DNA of 47,790 nucleotides from a virus, in the IMG/VR virus record IMGVR_UViG_3300045988_092571, positions 1 to 47,790 of that record; one strand, 5' to 3'. The position numbers and the translations under genes were made by a program. Below are positions 17,977 through 27,051 of this stretch, piece after piece (within the stretch, counting starts at the first letter, position 1; the number at the start of each line of letters is the position of its first letter). Below the pieces are notes generated by a model, which searched no databases, was not told the DNA's origin, and was given only the letters and a program-made list of their open reading frames with translations.

Positions 17977-18026
17977 GAAATCACTTGAAACGAAAAAGTG
18001 TCAAGTAGAAATGGAGATTTATTAGA

Positions 18027-18260
18027 ATGAAAACGATTTACATTGATAGCCACAAAATTGATATTGTTAGAATATCATCCAATTTTAGCAATGGAAAAAG
18101 GTTGTATCATATTTACTATGAGTATAATAACGGATATGGTCAAACAGATTTTATAATTGATATTGATAGTCCAAGTGCAACATTATCTAGGATATTTACA
18201 ACTAGACAACTTAAAATACTTATGAATAAACTTTTAAAAGTGGAAAGAGAGGGAAAATAA
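18027..18260 (+). CDS. Early hypothetical protein
   Basis: 77 aa. RBS GGAGA. First gene after the early promoter. Confidence 0.5.
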   Translation: MKTIYIDSHKIDIVRISSNFSNGKRLYHIYYEYNNGYGQTDFIIDIDSPSATLSRIFTTRQLKILMNKLLKVEREGK

Positions 18261-18261
18261 T

Positions 18262-18603
18262 ATGAAAAAAAGAGTTACAAGAAACATAATTACAAAAGCA
18301 TATGACTACACTATTTCAGTAGGTTACTGCAATGCTCAACATCTATTGACTACTTTAGAGCCGTCTTATTACACGGCGGGTAAGTATGGCTGGTCGGCAG
18401 ATGTGTATTCATTAGGTAATACGGCAATCGTTACGGGATACAGACCGTTTGGCAACATCAACCCGGACTATGGCATGGTCAAAACTTACGATGACAGAGC
18501 CAGACAAGTACTAAGTAGCAATATACCAAGAGAACAAGTAAACGAGCAAATTTACGCATTACTATGTGAATTTATTCACGAGTGCAAGAAAGGAAGTAAA
18601 TAA
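18262..18603 (+). CDS. Early hypothetical protein (GYC..Q.LL / YGW..DVY motif family)
   Basis: 113 aa. Motifs VGYCNAQHLL, GKYGWSADVY and TGYRPFG recur, to my recollection, in phage/plasmid proteins of unknown function. Confidence 0.5.
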   Translation: MKKRVTRNIITKAYDYTISVGYCNAQHLLTTLEPSYYTAGKYGWSADVYSLGNTAIVTGYRPFGNINPDYGMVKTYDDRARQVLSSNIPREQVNEQIYALLCEFIHECKKGSK

Positions 18604-18605
18604 TT

Positions 18606-19064
18606 ATGGAAAAATTGGGATTATTAAAATTAAAAGATATGGGAGAATATGAAAAAGAACAGGGTTATGCAAGTTATAGAACTATTGTAAAAAGATTTAT
18701 AGGTGATTTGGTATTATGCAATAACATAGCCAATATTGACACTAGCATTTATGATAATATGGAAAACGGCTTCCATTATGTAGATGACGAGGGAAACGAA
18801 AGAACAGAAGAGGAATACCAGAATGACACAACGGGAACTATTGGCATAGAGTATGACGATATTTATCAATATTACTTATGTAATGTTAGTCAATTTGATA
18901 AAGAGCAAGCTCTAAAAGCGGGATTGATTTTATCTTATAGTGATATGCTTGATTGTGATGTATTATGTGTCAACCATTATGGCACGAGTTGGGACTATGT
19001 CTTAACTGATGTAAAATTGTTTGACAACTGGGAAGAACTTAAAAAATATGAAGAAAGTGATTAG
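18606..19064 (+). CDS. Early acidic hypothetical protein
   Basis: 152 aa, strongly acidic, with an HYGTSWDYV motif. Confidence 0.5.
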   Translation: MEKLGLLKLKDMGEYEKEQGYASYRTIVKRFIGDLVLCNNIANIDTSIYDNMENGFHYVDDEGNERTEEEYQNDTTGTIGIEYDDIYQYYLCNVSQFDKEQALKAGLILSYSDMLDCDVLCVNHYGTSWDYVLTDVKLFDNWEELKKYEESD

Positions 19065-19082
19065 TAAGGGGGATTAGATAAT

Positions 19083-19742
19083 ATGGATAAATACGATTTG
19101 ATTTTAAAACTAAAACATATTTTAGAACATGAGGATATGAGCGAATTACGTGAGGTTATCGAAAAACTACAAGACGAGGCACGCAAAGAAACATACAGTA
19201 CAAAACCAACAGATAAGAAGAAATTATCAACTATTGAGAAAGTACTGGATAAACGAGGTTATCGTGTATTTAATCAAGCAGTAGGACTGGATAAACGTGG
19301 ATATACAATCATTACGGATAGTTATTTCGGGGTATTACTAAAAGATGATATATTACCGTTTCCGTATGCTTTTACAGACGACACAACAGACGAACAGAAA
19401 GCCACGATAAAAGATAAGGGTTTGGAAATTAAAGCGGGAACATATCCAAGTTTCAATAACTTAGTACCAACTGAGGAACATGAAACAGTGAAAATAAGTT
19501 GTGATGATATTAAATATGCGGATAAAACAACTTTGAAAGAGAATGACGGAAAGAAAGTCTATAAGATTATGAACGATGACGGAACAGTAAAAATTGCCTT
19601 TGATTTAAAGTATATGATGTATGTTATTAATATCATGCAACTAACTGGGGATATTGAATTGGAAATTTATGGGGATATAAAACCGATTGTTATACGTGAT
19701 AAAGAAAATATTGGAATTGTATTACCAATTAAAATTTATTAG
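19083..19742 (+). CDS. Early hypothetical protein
   Basis: 219 aa. RBS GGGGGA. No confident motif. Confidence 0.5.
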   Translation: MDKYDLILKLKHILEHEDMSELREVIEKLQDEARKETYSTKPTDKKKLSTIEKVLDKRGYRVFNQAVGLDKRGYTIITDSYFGVLLKDDILPFPYAFTDDTTDEQKATIKDKGLEIKAGTYPSFNNLVPTEEHETVKISCDDIKYADKTTLKENDGKKVYKIMNDDGTVKIAFDLKYMMYVINIMQLTGDIELEIYGDIKPIVIRDKENIGIVLPIKIY

Positions 19743-19760
19743 GAAAGAGGGTAAATAAGT

Positions 19761-19943
19761 ATGAAAATTAATGATATTTTGAATACAATTTATGATGTAC
19801 AAGAAGAAGTCTTAAACGAATGCGAGGACTTTCTATATGAATATGATTGTGATTATCACACGTTTGATATGGCTATATTACAATTTTGTAAAAAATTAGA
19901 AGAAGTATTAAAAGATAAAAATAATGAAAGTGAGGAAATATAA
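19761..19943 (+). CDS. Early acidic hypothetical protein
   Basis: 60 aa. RBS AGAGGG. Confidence 0.4.
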   Translation: MKINDILNTIYDVQEEVLNECEDFLYEYDCDYHTFDMAILQFCKKLEEVLKDKNNESEEI

Positions 19944-19945
19944 TT

Positions 19946-20248
19946 ATGTTAAATCAATTTGTATTAGTAGGAAGAGTAAACAATATTAATAAAATTAATG
20001 ATAAGGAATGTACAATTACATTAGAAATTCCACGTCCATTTAAGAATAAAAACGGGGAGTATGAAAACGATTATGTAGATGTAATTGTAAGGGGAGAAGT
20101 AGCCAAGACAACTATGGAATACGTGGTAAATAAGGATATAATCGGTGCTAAAGGACGTTTTGTAAAAACTGTTGATATGACTACTTTAGAATTAAATGCT
20201 GAGAAAATTACATTTCTAAGTAAGTATAAAGAAAGTGAGGAAAAATAA
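19946..20248 (+). CDS. Short OB-fold SSB-like protein
   Basis: 100 aa. MLNQFVLVGRVNNI...DYVDVIVRGEVAKTT...IIGAKGRF follows the SSB N-terminal OB pattern. No acidic tail. Confidence 0.5.
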   Translation: MLNQFVLVGRVNNINKINDKECTITLEIPRPFKNKNGEYENDYVDVIVRGEVAKTTMEYVVNKDIIGAKGRFVKTVDMTTLELNAEKITFLSKYKESEEK

Positions 20249-20249
20249 T

Positions 20250-20648
20250 ATGGAAATAACTGAAAAACTATGTTATGGGGTTAAGGAAAATACTCCAAAA
20301 GAATTACTGTATGTTAAAAGAATTATATTAAGAAGTTATGATGATGAAAATAGAAATAAAGAGTTTATGAAAATGTTACAAGATTTTAAGGTATATCAAT
20401 ATAATTATGATGAAGCAAAAGATAGTGATTACTTTATGTGGATATACGTGGACGATAACGGAAAAGAACATTGGAACCAAGTAGAACTGTGTTGCTATCA
20501 ATCTAGTATGCAAAGTGTCTATAAAATGTGGAACTTGTATAACTTATGCAAAACATTTGATATGAATATAAAAGCAGAAATACAACTTGATGATATTAGA
20601 AACATGATATTTAAAGCAGAACATGAATTATTAAAGGAGAGTGAATAA
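20250..20648 (+). CDS. Early hypothetical protein
   Basis: ATG 20250 (MEITEKL) is preceded by GAGGA. The ORF track starts at 20235. Confidence 0.45.
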   Translation: MEITEKLCYGVKENTPKELLYVKRIILRSYDDENRNKEFMKMLQDFKVYQYNYDEAKDSDYFMWIYVDDNGKEHWNQVELCCYQSSMQSVYKMWNLYNLCKTFDMNIKAEIQLDDIRNMIFKAEHELLKESE

Positions 20649-20650
20649 AT

Positions 20651-20989
20651 ATGAATAAAGAAGTATACGTATTAACGTTAGAAATGTATAACGAATGGGC
20701 ATGGGAAAATGGTGCTTGTGATGTTATCGGGGTTTATGATGATTTAAGTATTTTAGAAAAAGATTTAAAAACATATTTAAGTTCAGATATTGAGGCAGGT
20801 TATATTTTAAATAATCATGCTAGTATTGATGAGTTATTCGATTGGGATAACGAGGATAATTATTATAATGGGGTTTATGTCTATACCTCAGAAGAAAATT
20901 ATCAGAACACATATAAGAATGGAACATATTGTGTTTATAAGAAATACATAAATGAACGTGCCATAACAACAGATGATGAGGGAGAGTAA
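20651..20989 (+). CDS. Early acidic hypothetical protein
   Basis: 112 aa, rich in D/E/Y/N. Confidence 0.45.
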   Translation: MNKEVYVLTLEMYNEWAWENGACDVIGVYDDLSILEKDLKTYLSSDIEAGYILNNHASIDELFDWDNEDNYYNGVYVYTSEENYQNTYKNGTYCVYKKYINERAITTDDEGE

Positions 20990-20995
20990 TTAAAT

Positions 20996-21205
20996 ATGAA
21001 TTATACATTAGATAAAGTAAATGAGTTTTTAAAAAAGACAGAAACATATATTAAAGACAATCTTTGGGATATTGGTACACAATGCAGACAAGACCTAACA
21101 GAGAAAGATTATATGCTTTTAGAGGCATTTCTAGATAATATTATGTCAAGAGTTTATGACAGTGTTGATTGGGTTAGAGTATATTTTGAAAGTATGAGAG
21201 ATTAA
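20996..21205 (+). CDS. Early hypothetical protein
   Basis: 69 aa. RBS GGGAGAG. Confidence 0.4.
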   Translation: MNYTLDKVNEFLKKTETYIKDNLWDIGTQCRQDLTEKDYMLLEAFLDNIMSRVYDSVDWVRVYFESMRD

Positions 21206-21249
21206 AAACGTCCGATAAATTAGGACAGTATAATAAATAAAATAAATGG

Positions 21250-21278
21250 TTGCAAATTAATTTAATAAATGATACAAT
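21250..21278 (+). promoter_or_regulatory. Sigma-A-type promoter upstream of the AbrB-like gene
   Basis: TTGCAA (21250..21255), 17 nt, TACAAT (21273..21278), followed by RBS GAGGAGG. Confidence 0.7.
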
Positions 21279-21299
21279 AACTGAAGAGGAGGAGCTATT

Positions 21300-21572
21300 A
21301 TGGAAGTTATTAGAAAATTAGATAAAGCAGGACGTATTGGTATTACTAGAGATATGATGTCTGAGGCAGGCTTTGTTCCTGATGAGGAGTTCTATATTGA
21401 ATTAGAACCTGAGACAAGACGTCTTATATTCACACCAAAAGAGACAACACGTCCGTGTCAATTATCACAAGAAGATGTAGACACAATTAAAAAAGTATTT
21501 CTAAGTGCAGAAGCTTTTGGACTTATTACAGAAGAACAAAAGAAAGTACTAGAAAGATTTAAGAGTTTATAG
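21300..21572 (+). CDS. AbrB/MazE/SpoVT-type (swapped-hairpin) DNA-binding protein
   Basis: N-terminus VIRKLDKAGRIGITRDMMSEAGFVPDEEFYIELEPETRRLIFTPKE matches the SpoVT_AbrB pattern (vRk.D.lGRi.iP.e.r..lgi..gd...i). Confidence 0.7.
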   Translation: MEVIRKLDKAGRIGITRDMMSEAGFVPDEEFYIELEPETRRLIFTPKETTRPCQLSQEDVDTIKKVFLSAEAFGLITEEQKKVLERFKSL

Positions 21573-21716
21573 TGTGTACTATTTAGAGTATTTAGATTGT
21601 AGCCATTTAAGACCTAAAAGAAAGAAACAAGTAGTTACTTCTTATACACAGTTTACACAACTAAAAAGGTACGTCGAATACTCTAAGAAATACATATTAA
21701 TAGGAAGTGGTTTAGT

Positions 21717-23057
21717 ATGATTTATGATATGCTATTCGATTATCAGAAAAAGACAGTAAATGCACTAAAAGAATATGACTCTTGCGGGTTATTCTATGAC
21801 GTTGGTTGTGGAAAAACAATTACTTCATTAGCACTTTATGAGGATAAACTTATAAGACGATTAGTGGATAAATTGATTGTTGTTTGCCTTTACTCTAAGA
21901 TAGAAGAGTGGCAGAAAGATATCGAACATTTCTTTCCATTCTCAAAAGTGCTTATCTTTGACGGAAAAGATAAGACATTAAGAGACTTTAGAAAAGGCGA
22001 CTGGGATATCTGTATCATCAACTTTGAAAAAACATGGAGAAACAAAGACTTATATCTTATTAGCAATCGCACTATGATAATCATTGATGAGTCTCATAAG
22101 ATTAAAGACTCAGAAACTAAAATAGGAAAGTTCATGAAAGCATGGGAAACGTGTACACCTTATAAAATCATATTGACGGCAACACCGATGAGTAAAGGGT
22201 ACATTGACATATACAATCAGTTTTACTTCTTAGGACTACTAGACATGAGTTTGAATGAATTTAAGAAAAAGTATTGCATTGAGCAACTGGTATTCTTTCC
22301 AGGAATGAAACCTTTCAAAAAGATTACTGGATATCGGAATACACAAGATTTAGACTTGCTAATTCAAAGGTACACAAGATACCATAAACGTGAGATAGCA
22401 GACAATATGCTACCTGAAGAAATTGTGATACCTATTAAAATAGACAGTAAATACAGAAAAATAATGAAAGACAGAGTCTATGAGGATATTGTACTAGATA
22501 AAGTATCTAGAAAGAGATTAGCAGATAAGAGTTTGTGTTCAGGTACAATCATGGGAAAAACTCTTGTATCAGAGAATGGAGAGTCTTTAAATCGTATTTA
22601 TCAGTTAAACAAATACAAGATTAACTGGATAAAAGATTTCTTAGAGTCTTTTCAAGATAGAGTTGTTATATATTACTTATACGACCATCAATGTGAGCAG
22701 TTATATAATATGATTAGAGATTTAGACAGACCATGTGCTAGATACAACAGTACCTATAAAGAGCAGGCTACATTTGAAAACAATGATAATGCAGTTCTAT
22801 TAGTACAATACAAGAGCGGTTCGACTGGACTAGACTGGTTAAAGAGTGCGTACGTTGAGATATTCTATACGTTACCTGACAGCTACATTGAGTTCTATCA
22901 GGCAAAAGGACGTATCAATCGAATAGGGCAGACTCATAAACCACTATACTACATTCTATTAGCAGGCGATGAAAAGTCGGCAGACAATCTAAACTATCAG
23001 GCACTGTTAAATCAGGAAGATTTTACAGATGACTTTTATGATAGAAATTTCAATTAA
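21717..23057 (+). CDS. SNF2/DEAD-like superfamily 2 helicase
   Basis: Walker A DVGCGKTITS. DExH box IIDESHKIK. TATP (motif III). Motif VI QAKGRINRIGQ. Confidence 0.85.
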   Translation: MIYDMLFDYQKKTVNALKEYDSCGLFYDVGCGKTITSLALYEDKLIRRLVDKLIVVCLYSKIEEWQKDIEHFFPFSKVLIFDGKDKTLRDFRKGDWDICIINFEKTWRNKDLYLISNRTMIIIDESHKIKDSETKIGKFMKAWETCTPYKIILTATPMSKGYIDIYNQFYFLGLLDMSLNEFKKKYCIEQLVFFPGMKPFKKITGYRNTQDLDLLIQRYTRYHKREIADNMLPEEIVIPIKIDSKYRKIMKDRVYEDIVLDKVSRKRLADKSLCSGTIMGKTLVSENGESLNRIYQLNKYKINWIKDFLESFQDRVVIYYLYDHQCEQLYNMIRDLDRPCARYNSTYKEQATFENNDNAVLLVQYKSGSTGLDWLKSAYVEIFYTLPDSYIEFYQAKGRINRIGQTHKPLYYILLAGDEKSADNLNYQALLNQEDFTDDFYDRNFN

Positions 23058-23084
23058 AATGTTCAATGAGGGGAGAATGATAAT

Positions 23085-23741
23085 ATGAATGAACAAACAA
23101 AGATTGAAGAAACACAAACAGATTTATTACTTATTAGAAAAGTAAATGACATTGTAAAGGCAATGGACGAAATTGATGAACTAGTTAAGACATTATCAGA
23201 AAGACGTAGTAATATTGACTTAGAGTTAAGTGATTTACTACATATTATTGAGAATAACGATTTAGATGAGTTTGCGTCTCATAATATAACAAAGAGAATA
23301 CATGACCTAAGAAAGAAGAGACGTTCCATTAGTAATGAACAGGCTCTAATAGAGTTATGGAAACAACAGAGAAAAGACCTATTGTATAGTTCAAGCAGAG
23401 CCCAGTTAGGAAAGTTGTTCCTAGATAAGATTGGCTCTTTAGAAATGCCATATAAAAATAGAATTTTATCTGATGAGAATATTGATAGTCTATTACATCA
23501 GAGAGTGTCTTATAGTCCGAATGGAATAGAAAATACTTCTGACAGTACTAAAGAAGAACCGGTAGAGAGAGAGTCTAAAAGACATAAAAGAACTACTGGA
23601 AAGAATAAAGAAGAACGTGATAAACAAATTATTGAATTGTACAGTCAAAATGTAGCACCAAAAGAAATTGCTAAACAGTTAGGTATTACAGTCACAATTG
23701 TACGTAATACAATCTATAAATCTAGAACATTGAATAGTTAA
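23085..23741 (+). CDS. Coiled-coil protein with C-terminal HTH (sigma-r4/LuxR-like); putative transcriptional regulator
   Basis: The C-terminus IIELYSQNVAPKEIAKQLGITVTIVRNTIYKSR is an HTH. Confidence 0.5.
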   Translation: MNEQTKIEETQTDLLLIRKVNDIVKAMDEIDELVKTLSERRSNIDLELSDLLHIIENNDLDEFASHNITKRIHDLRKKRRSISNEQALIELWKQQRKDLLYSSSRAQLGKLFLDKIGSLEMPYKNRILSDENIDSLLHQRVSYSPNGIENTSDSTKEEPVERESKRHKRTTGKNKEERDKQIIELYSQNVAPKEIAKQLGITVTIVRNTIYKSRTLNS

Positions 23742-23879
23742 GTAGTTTAAAAACCTAGAAAAGTGCAGTTTAATAAATCTCTTTTCGATACTAACTTGAT
23801 TAACTTATGTATATAGTGAGTTTGCACTAGGTGAGTTTGACTATATTACTTATTTAGAAATAGCAAAAGGAGTAAATGT

Positions 23880-24173
23880 ATGAATGTAGATATGAATATT
23901 TTATTAGTAGTATGTTATTTTGGAATGCAAATTATAACGATAGTATTCTGTAAGAGTTGTATTGACTCATTAAAAGATTATGTGGACTCTTTTGTAGATA
24001 TCATAAGAGATATAAACGATAATGTATATGATGTTATAAAGATTACAACAAAACTAGCAGATAACCAATTGAGAGCTACTAAAAGAATTAATGAGTTGGA
24101 GAACAAAATAAATGAACAAAGTAGTAAAACCTTTGATACGTTTAGAAGTAAACGTACTAAAGAACAAAAATAG
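23880..24173 (+). CDS. Hypothetical membrane/coiled-coil protein
   Basis: 97 aa with N-terminal TM ILLVVCYFGMQIITIVF. Confidence 0.4.
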   Translation: MNVDMNILLVVCYFGMQIITIVFCKSCIDSLKDYVDSFVDIIRDINDNVYDVIKITTKLADNQLRATKRINELENKINEQSSKTFDTFRSKRTKEQK

Positions 24174-24320
24174 ATTGTTAAAGTCAAAAGTAAAAGTCTT
24201 AAAAGAAGAAAACAGACTTCTGTATGAGCAACTAATGTATTTACAAGAGGTTATTAGAAAATTGAAAAAGAAATGATTAACACTTTTAGTGTAAAGTTTC
24301 TTTATTTTTTGAAAATATTG

Positions 24321-24349
24321 TTGAACACCCGTTCAAAGTATGATATGAT
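24321..24349 (+). promoter_or_regulatory. Sigma-A-type promoter for the recombination/replication operon
   Basis: TTGAAC (24321..24326), 17 nt, TATGAT (24344..24349), with TGa immediately upstream (extended -10). Confidence 0.65.
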
Positions 24350-24380
24350 GTTTGTACAAGGAGATGATGTGATGTAAAAT

Positions 24381-25040
24381 ATGGAACCATTTATTAGAAT
24401 TAGCTCTGACAATCATGATGAGTGGTTAGAGAAACGAAAAAATGGAATTGGTGGAAGCGATGTTGCCTCTGTTCTTGGAGTTAGTCCTTACAAAACAAAT
24501 CAACAGATATATGATGAAAAAGCAGGACTAAAGGAACCTGAGAACATAGACGATAAACCTGTTATTAAGTATGGGCACGACGCAGAAGAACCACTTAGAC
24601 AATTATTCATGTTAGACCACCCTGAATATGAGTTATTTCACGACTCTTATATGATTTTACAGAGTACAGAATATCCTTTTATGCAAGTTAGTCTTGACGG
24701 AGAACTAACAGATGTGAACACTGGAGAGAAAGGTATTTATGAGGGAAAAACAACAATTGTCCATAGTTCTAGAGACCTAGATAAGTGGAAAAATGAAATA
24801 CCTATTTACTACTATTCACAATGTATTCATGCAATGAATGTTACAGGTTACTCATTCTTTTGGTTAAGAGTACAAATAAGTTTTGCATGGAACCCTGATA
24901 AGAAAGAAATAAGAGACTACTTTTATAGGAAAGAGGATGTTCTAGCAGATATGGAATATGTGAAACAAGAAGTTATAAAGTTTTGGACAGAAAATATTAT
25001 GAAAGGAGTTAGACCTGGGTTAAAATTACCAGAGTTGTAA
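24381..25040 (+). CDS. YqaJ-like (lambda Exo family) recombination exonuclease
   Basis: RKNGIGGSDVASVLGVSPYKT signature. PD-(D/E)xK-like SLDGE...YEGKT. Confidence 0.8.
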   Translation: MEPFIRISSDNHDEWLEKRKNGIGGSDVASVLGVSPYKTNQQIYDEKAGLKEPENIDDKPVIKYGHDAEEPLRQLFMLDHPEYELFHDSYMILQSTEYPFMQVSLDGELTDVNTGEKGIYEGKTTIVHSSRDLDKWKNEIPIYYYSQCIHAMNVTGYSFFWLRVQISFAWNPDKKEIRDYFYRKEDVLADMEYVKQEVIKFWTENIMKGVRPGLKLPEL

Positions 25041-25043
25041 GAT

Positions 25044-25913
25044 ATGGAACTAAAAATTGAAGAGTACAATTTACCTGAACAAATTGGTTTCAACTATGAC
25101 GAACTTAAAGAACAAATTGAAAAATCTTTAGAAAAGTATCAGAACTTAATTGTTACTCAAGCAAATCTAAGTGACTCAGAGAAAGCAAGAACAACACTTA
25201 GAGGCTTTAAGAAAGCTTTAGATGAGCAAAGAAAAGCCATTAAGAAAAAGTGGAATGAACCATACGATGCCTTTGAGAAAAACATAAAAGAATTACTTGC
25301 TCTTGTTGATAAACCTATCTTAGCACTTGATAAACAAATTAGTGTGTTTGAAGAAAAATCAAAGATGGAGAAAATGGAACGTATTCAGAACTTCATTACT
25401 GAACAACTATTCTCATTTATGGAAGAAAACAAAAATTGCCCTTTTGATACTAATAAAATAATTATTGATGAGAGATGGTTTAACAAGACATTTAAAGATA
25501 AAGACATTGTAGACAGTATTAAGCAACAGTTTCAAGACCAATTAGACGATTATGAGGCATCAGAACGTGATATGGAACTAATTAAAACTGTTTATGAAAC
25601 ATTCCCTGATGATGCTTACAGAAAACCTATCAGTCTTGATAAGTACTTAGAAAGATACAAGTACACGAGAGATGTAAACGATATTGTCAAATCTATGAAA
25701 GAAGAGTATGCAAGAAATAAGCAAACAGTGAATGGTAAAGGAGATTGGGTTGTGAACAGTACACCTGTAACTGACCCGTTCGCTGGTTTATCTACAAGTG
25801 CTACGGTTTTGACTAAAGAACAATGCAAAGACATGATTAACACTTTGATTACAGAAAGTGATTATGAAGATTATATTAAGAAAGAATTATTAAGATTTAT
25901 GGAGGAGAGATAA
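25044..25913 (+). CDS. DUF1351-like recombination-module protein
   Basis: 289 aa. Coiled-coil N-terminus with ...ARTTLRGFKKALDEQRKAIKKKWNEPYDAFEKNIKEL... as in DUF1351 proteins that accompany Erf/RecT (from memory). Confidence 0.5.
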   Translation: MELKIEEYNLPEQIGFNYDELKEQIEKSLEKYQNLIVTQANLSDSEKARTTLRGFKKALDEQRKAIKKKWNEPYDAFEKNIKELLALVDKPILALDKQISVFEEKSKMEKMERIQNFITEQLFSFMEENKNCPFDTNKIIIDERWFNKTFKDKDIVDSIKQQFQDQLDDYEASERDMELIKTVYETFPDDAYRKPISLDKYLERYKYTRDVNDIVKSMKEEYARNKQTVNGKGDWVVNSTPVTDPFAGLSTSATVLTKEQCKDMINTLITESDYEDYIKKELLRFMEER

Positions 25914-25914
25914 T

Positions 25915-26769
25915 ATGGAAAAACAAGCAATGACAGAACAGGCAATGTTATATAAGAAAATCAACAAAATGCGTGTTGATTTAAGTACTGAAATGAGCAA
26001 GTCAGGAGAAAATAATTATTCACATTTTAGTTACTTTCAACTAAAAGACTTTATGCCTAGAGCATTAACACTTTGTGATAAGAATAATGTATTTACGAAG
26101 TTTCAAATGGAGACTAGAAATGCACCACTTATTGAGGAAACAAGGATAGATTATGTCAACGATGAAAACACAGGTGAAATGACATCTAAAACCGAAACAA
26201 CAAAAAACAATATAAAGGAAGCCTTGATGGGTGTCTTATATGTTACTGACTTAGATACAGGCTACACAGAAGTATTTACAAAAGAAGCCAAGGAAGCTAC
26301 TGTATCAGGAGCAAGTGCTATTCAGAATGTTGGAGCAACTTCTACATATATGAAACGTTATATGTATATGGACTTATTTGAAATTAATGAAAATGACATT
26401 GTGGACGGTACAAGTGGAAAACCTGAGGAAGAAAAACAAGTACCAGCAAAGCAATCTAGATTTACAGGAGCTAAACAGTATGCAGTAAAGCCTAAAGAAG
26501 AACTTCCAAAGCCACCTGTTAAGACAGCAACAGAAGTTACAGAGGCACCAGTTACACCTATTCCTGAAGTTGTAGCAGAACCTGTAAATACAAGTGAACT
26601 TATGAAAATTGAAACTAAGTTGGAGATTGCAAATTATGCGAAGTTAAAAGGTTTAGACCAACGTACAACTATTGTAGAAATTGCTAAGAAATTAAATACA
26701 GACGTTCCACAATTAAAAGAAAATCAAAAAGATATTATCAAGCAAATGATTGATGAAATGGCTGGATAG
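25915..26769 (+). CDS. erf: Erf-family single-strand annealing protein
   Basis: KINKMRVDL...GENNYSHFSYFQLKDFMP...STYMKRYMYMDLFEI are typical ERF motifs. Pro/Glu-rich linker tail. Confidence 0.75.
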   Translation: MEKQAMTEQAMLYKKINKMRVDLSTEMSKSGENNYSHFSYFQLKDFMPRALTLCDKNNVFTKFQMETRNAPLIEETRIDYVNDENTGEMTSKTETTKNNIKEALMGVLYVTDLDTGYTEVFTKEAKEATVSGASAIQNVGATSTYMKRYMYMDLFEINENDIVDGTSGKPEEEKQVPAKQSRFTGAKQYAVKPKEELPKPPVKTATEVTEAPVTPIPEVVAEPVNTSELMKIETKLEIANYAKLKGLDQRTTIVEIAKKLNTDVPQLKENQKDIIKQMIDEMAG

Positions 26770-26785
26770 AAAAGAGGAACCCAGA

Positions 26786-27049
26786 ATGAAAGGAATTGAG
26801 ACAGTAAAAAAGTCTATAAATGTAAAAGATGCACCTGCAGGGACTACATTAGATTTTGCAATTTGTGTAAAACAAATTGATAAAGATACACTAAACACAA
26901 GAGTAGAAGGAGCAGCTAACATAGCAGTCATAACAGTTGTTTTACAAGAAGCAATTGTAACATTATTAAGAGATTTTAATGTAGCACCGCTTGAAATGTT
27001 TGAGATTATTTCAAATATTATTGCAGATTATGTAAAAGAGGAGGACTAA
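26786..27049 (+). CDS. Hypothetical protein
   Basis: ATG 26786 (MKGIETV) is preceded by AAGAGGA. The ORF track starts earlier, at 26750. Confidence 0.45.
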   Translation: MKGIETVKKSINVKDAPAGTTLDFAICVKQIDKDTLNTRVEGAANIAVITVVLQEAIVTLLRDFNVAPLEMFEIISNIIADYVKEED

Positions 27050-27051
27050 AA

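Noticed and set aside
19083-19742. The C-terminus ...KPIVIRDKENIGIVLPIKIY resembled the end of a beta sliding clamp
   Set aside because: Only a ~20-aa tail pattern matches. At 219 aa the protein is far too short for a three-domain clamp, and no other clamp motif was seen.
21574-21720. 48-codon GTG-initiated ORF filling the gap upstream of the SNF2 helicase, and a 54-codon leucine-zipper-like ORF at 24112-24276
   Set aside because: Neither has a recognisable RBS. Both are below the ORF-track cutoff and I have no motif support. They may be real micro-genes, but I cannot support them from sequence alone.
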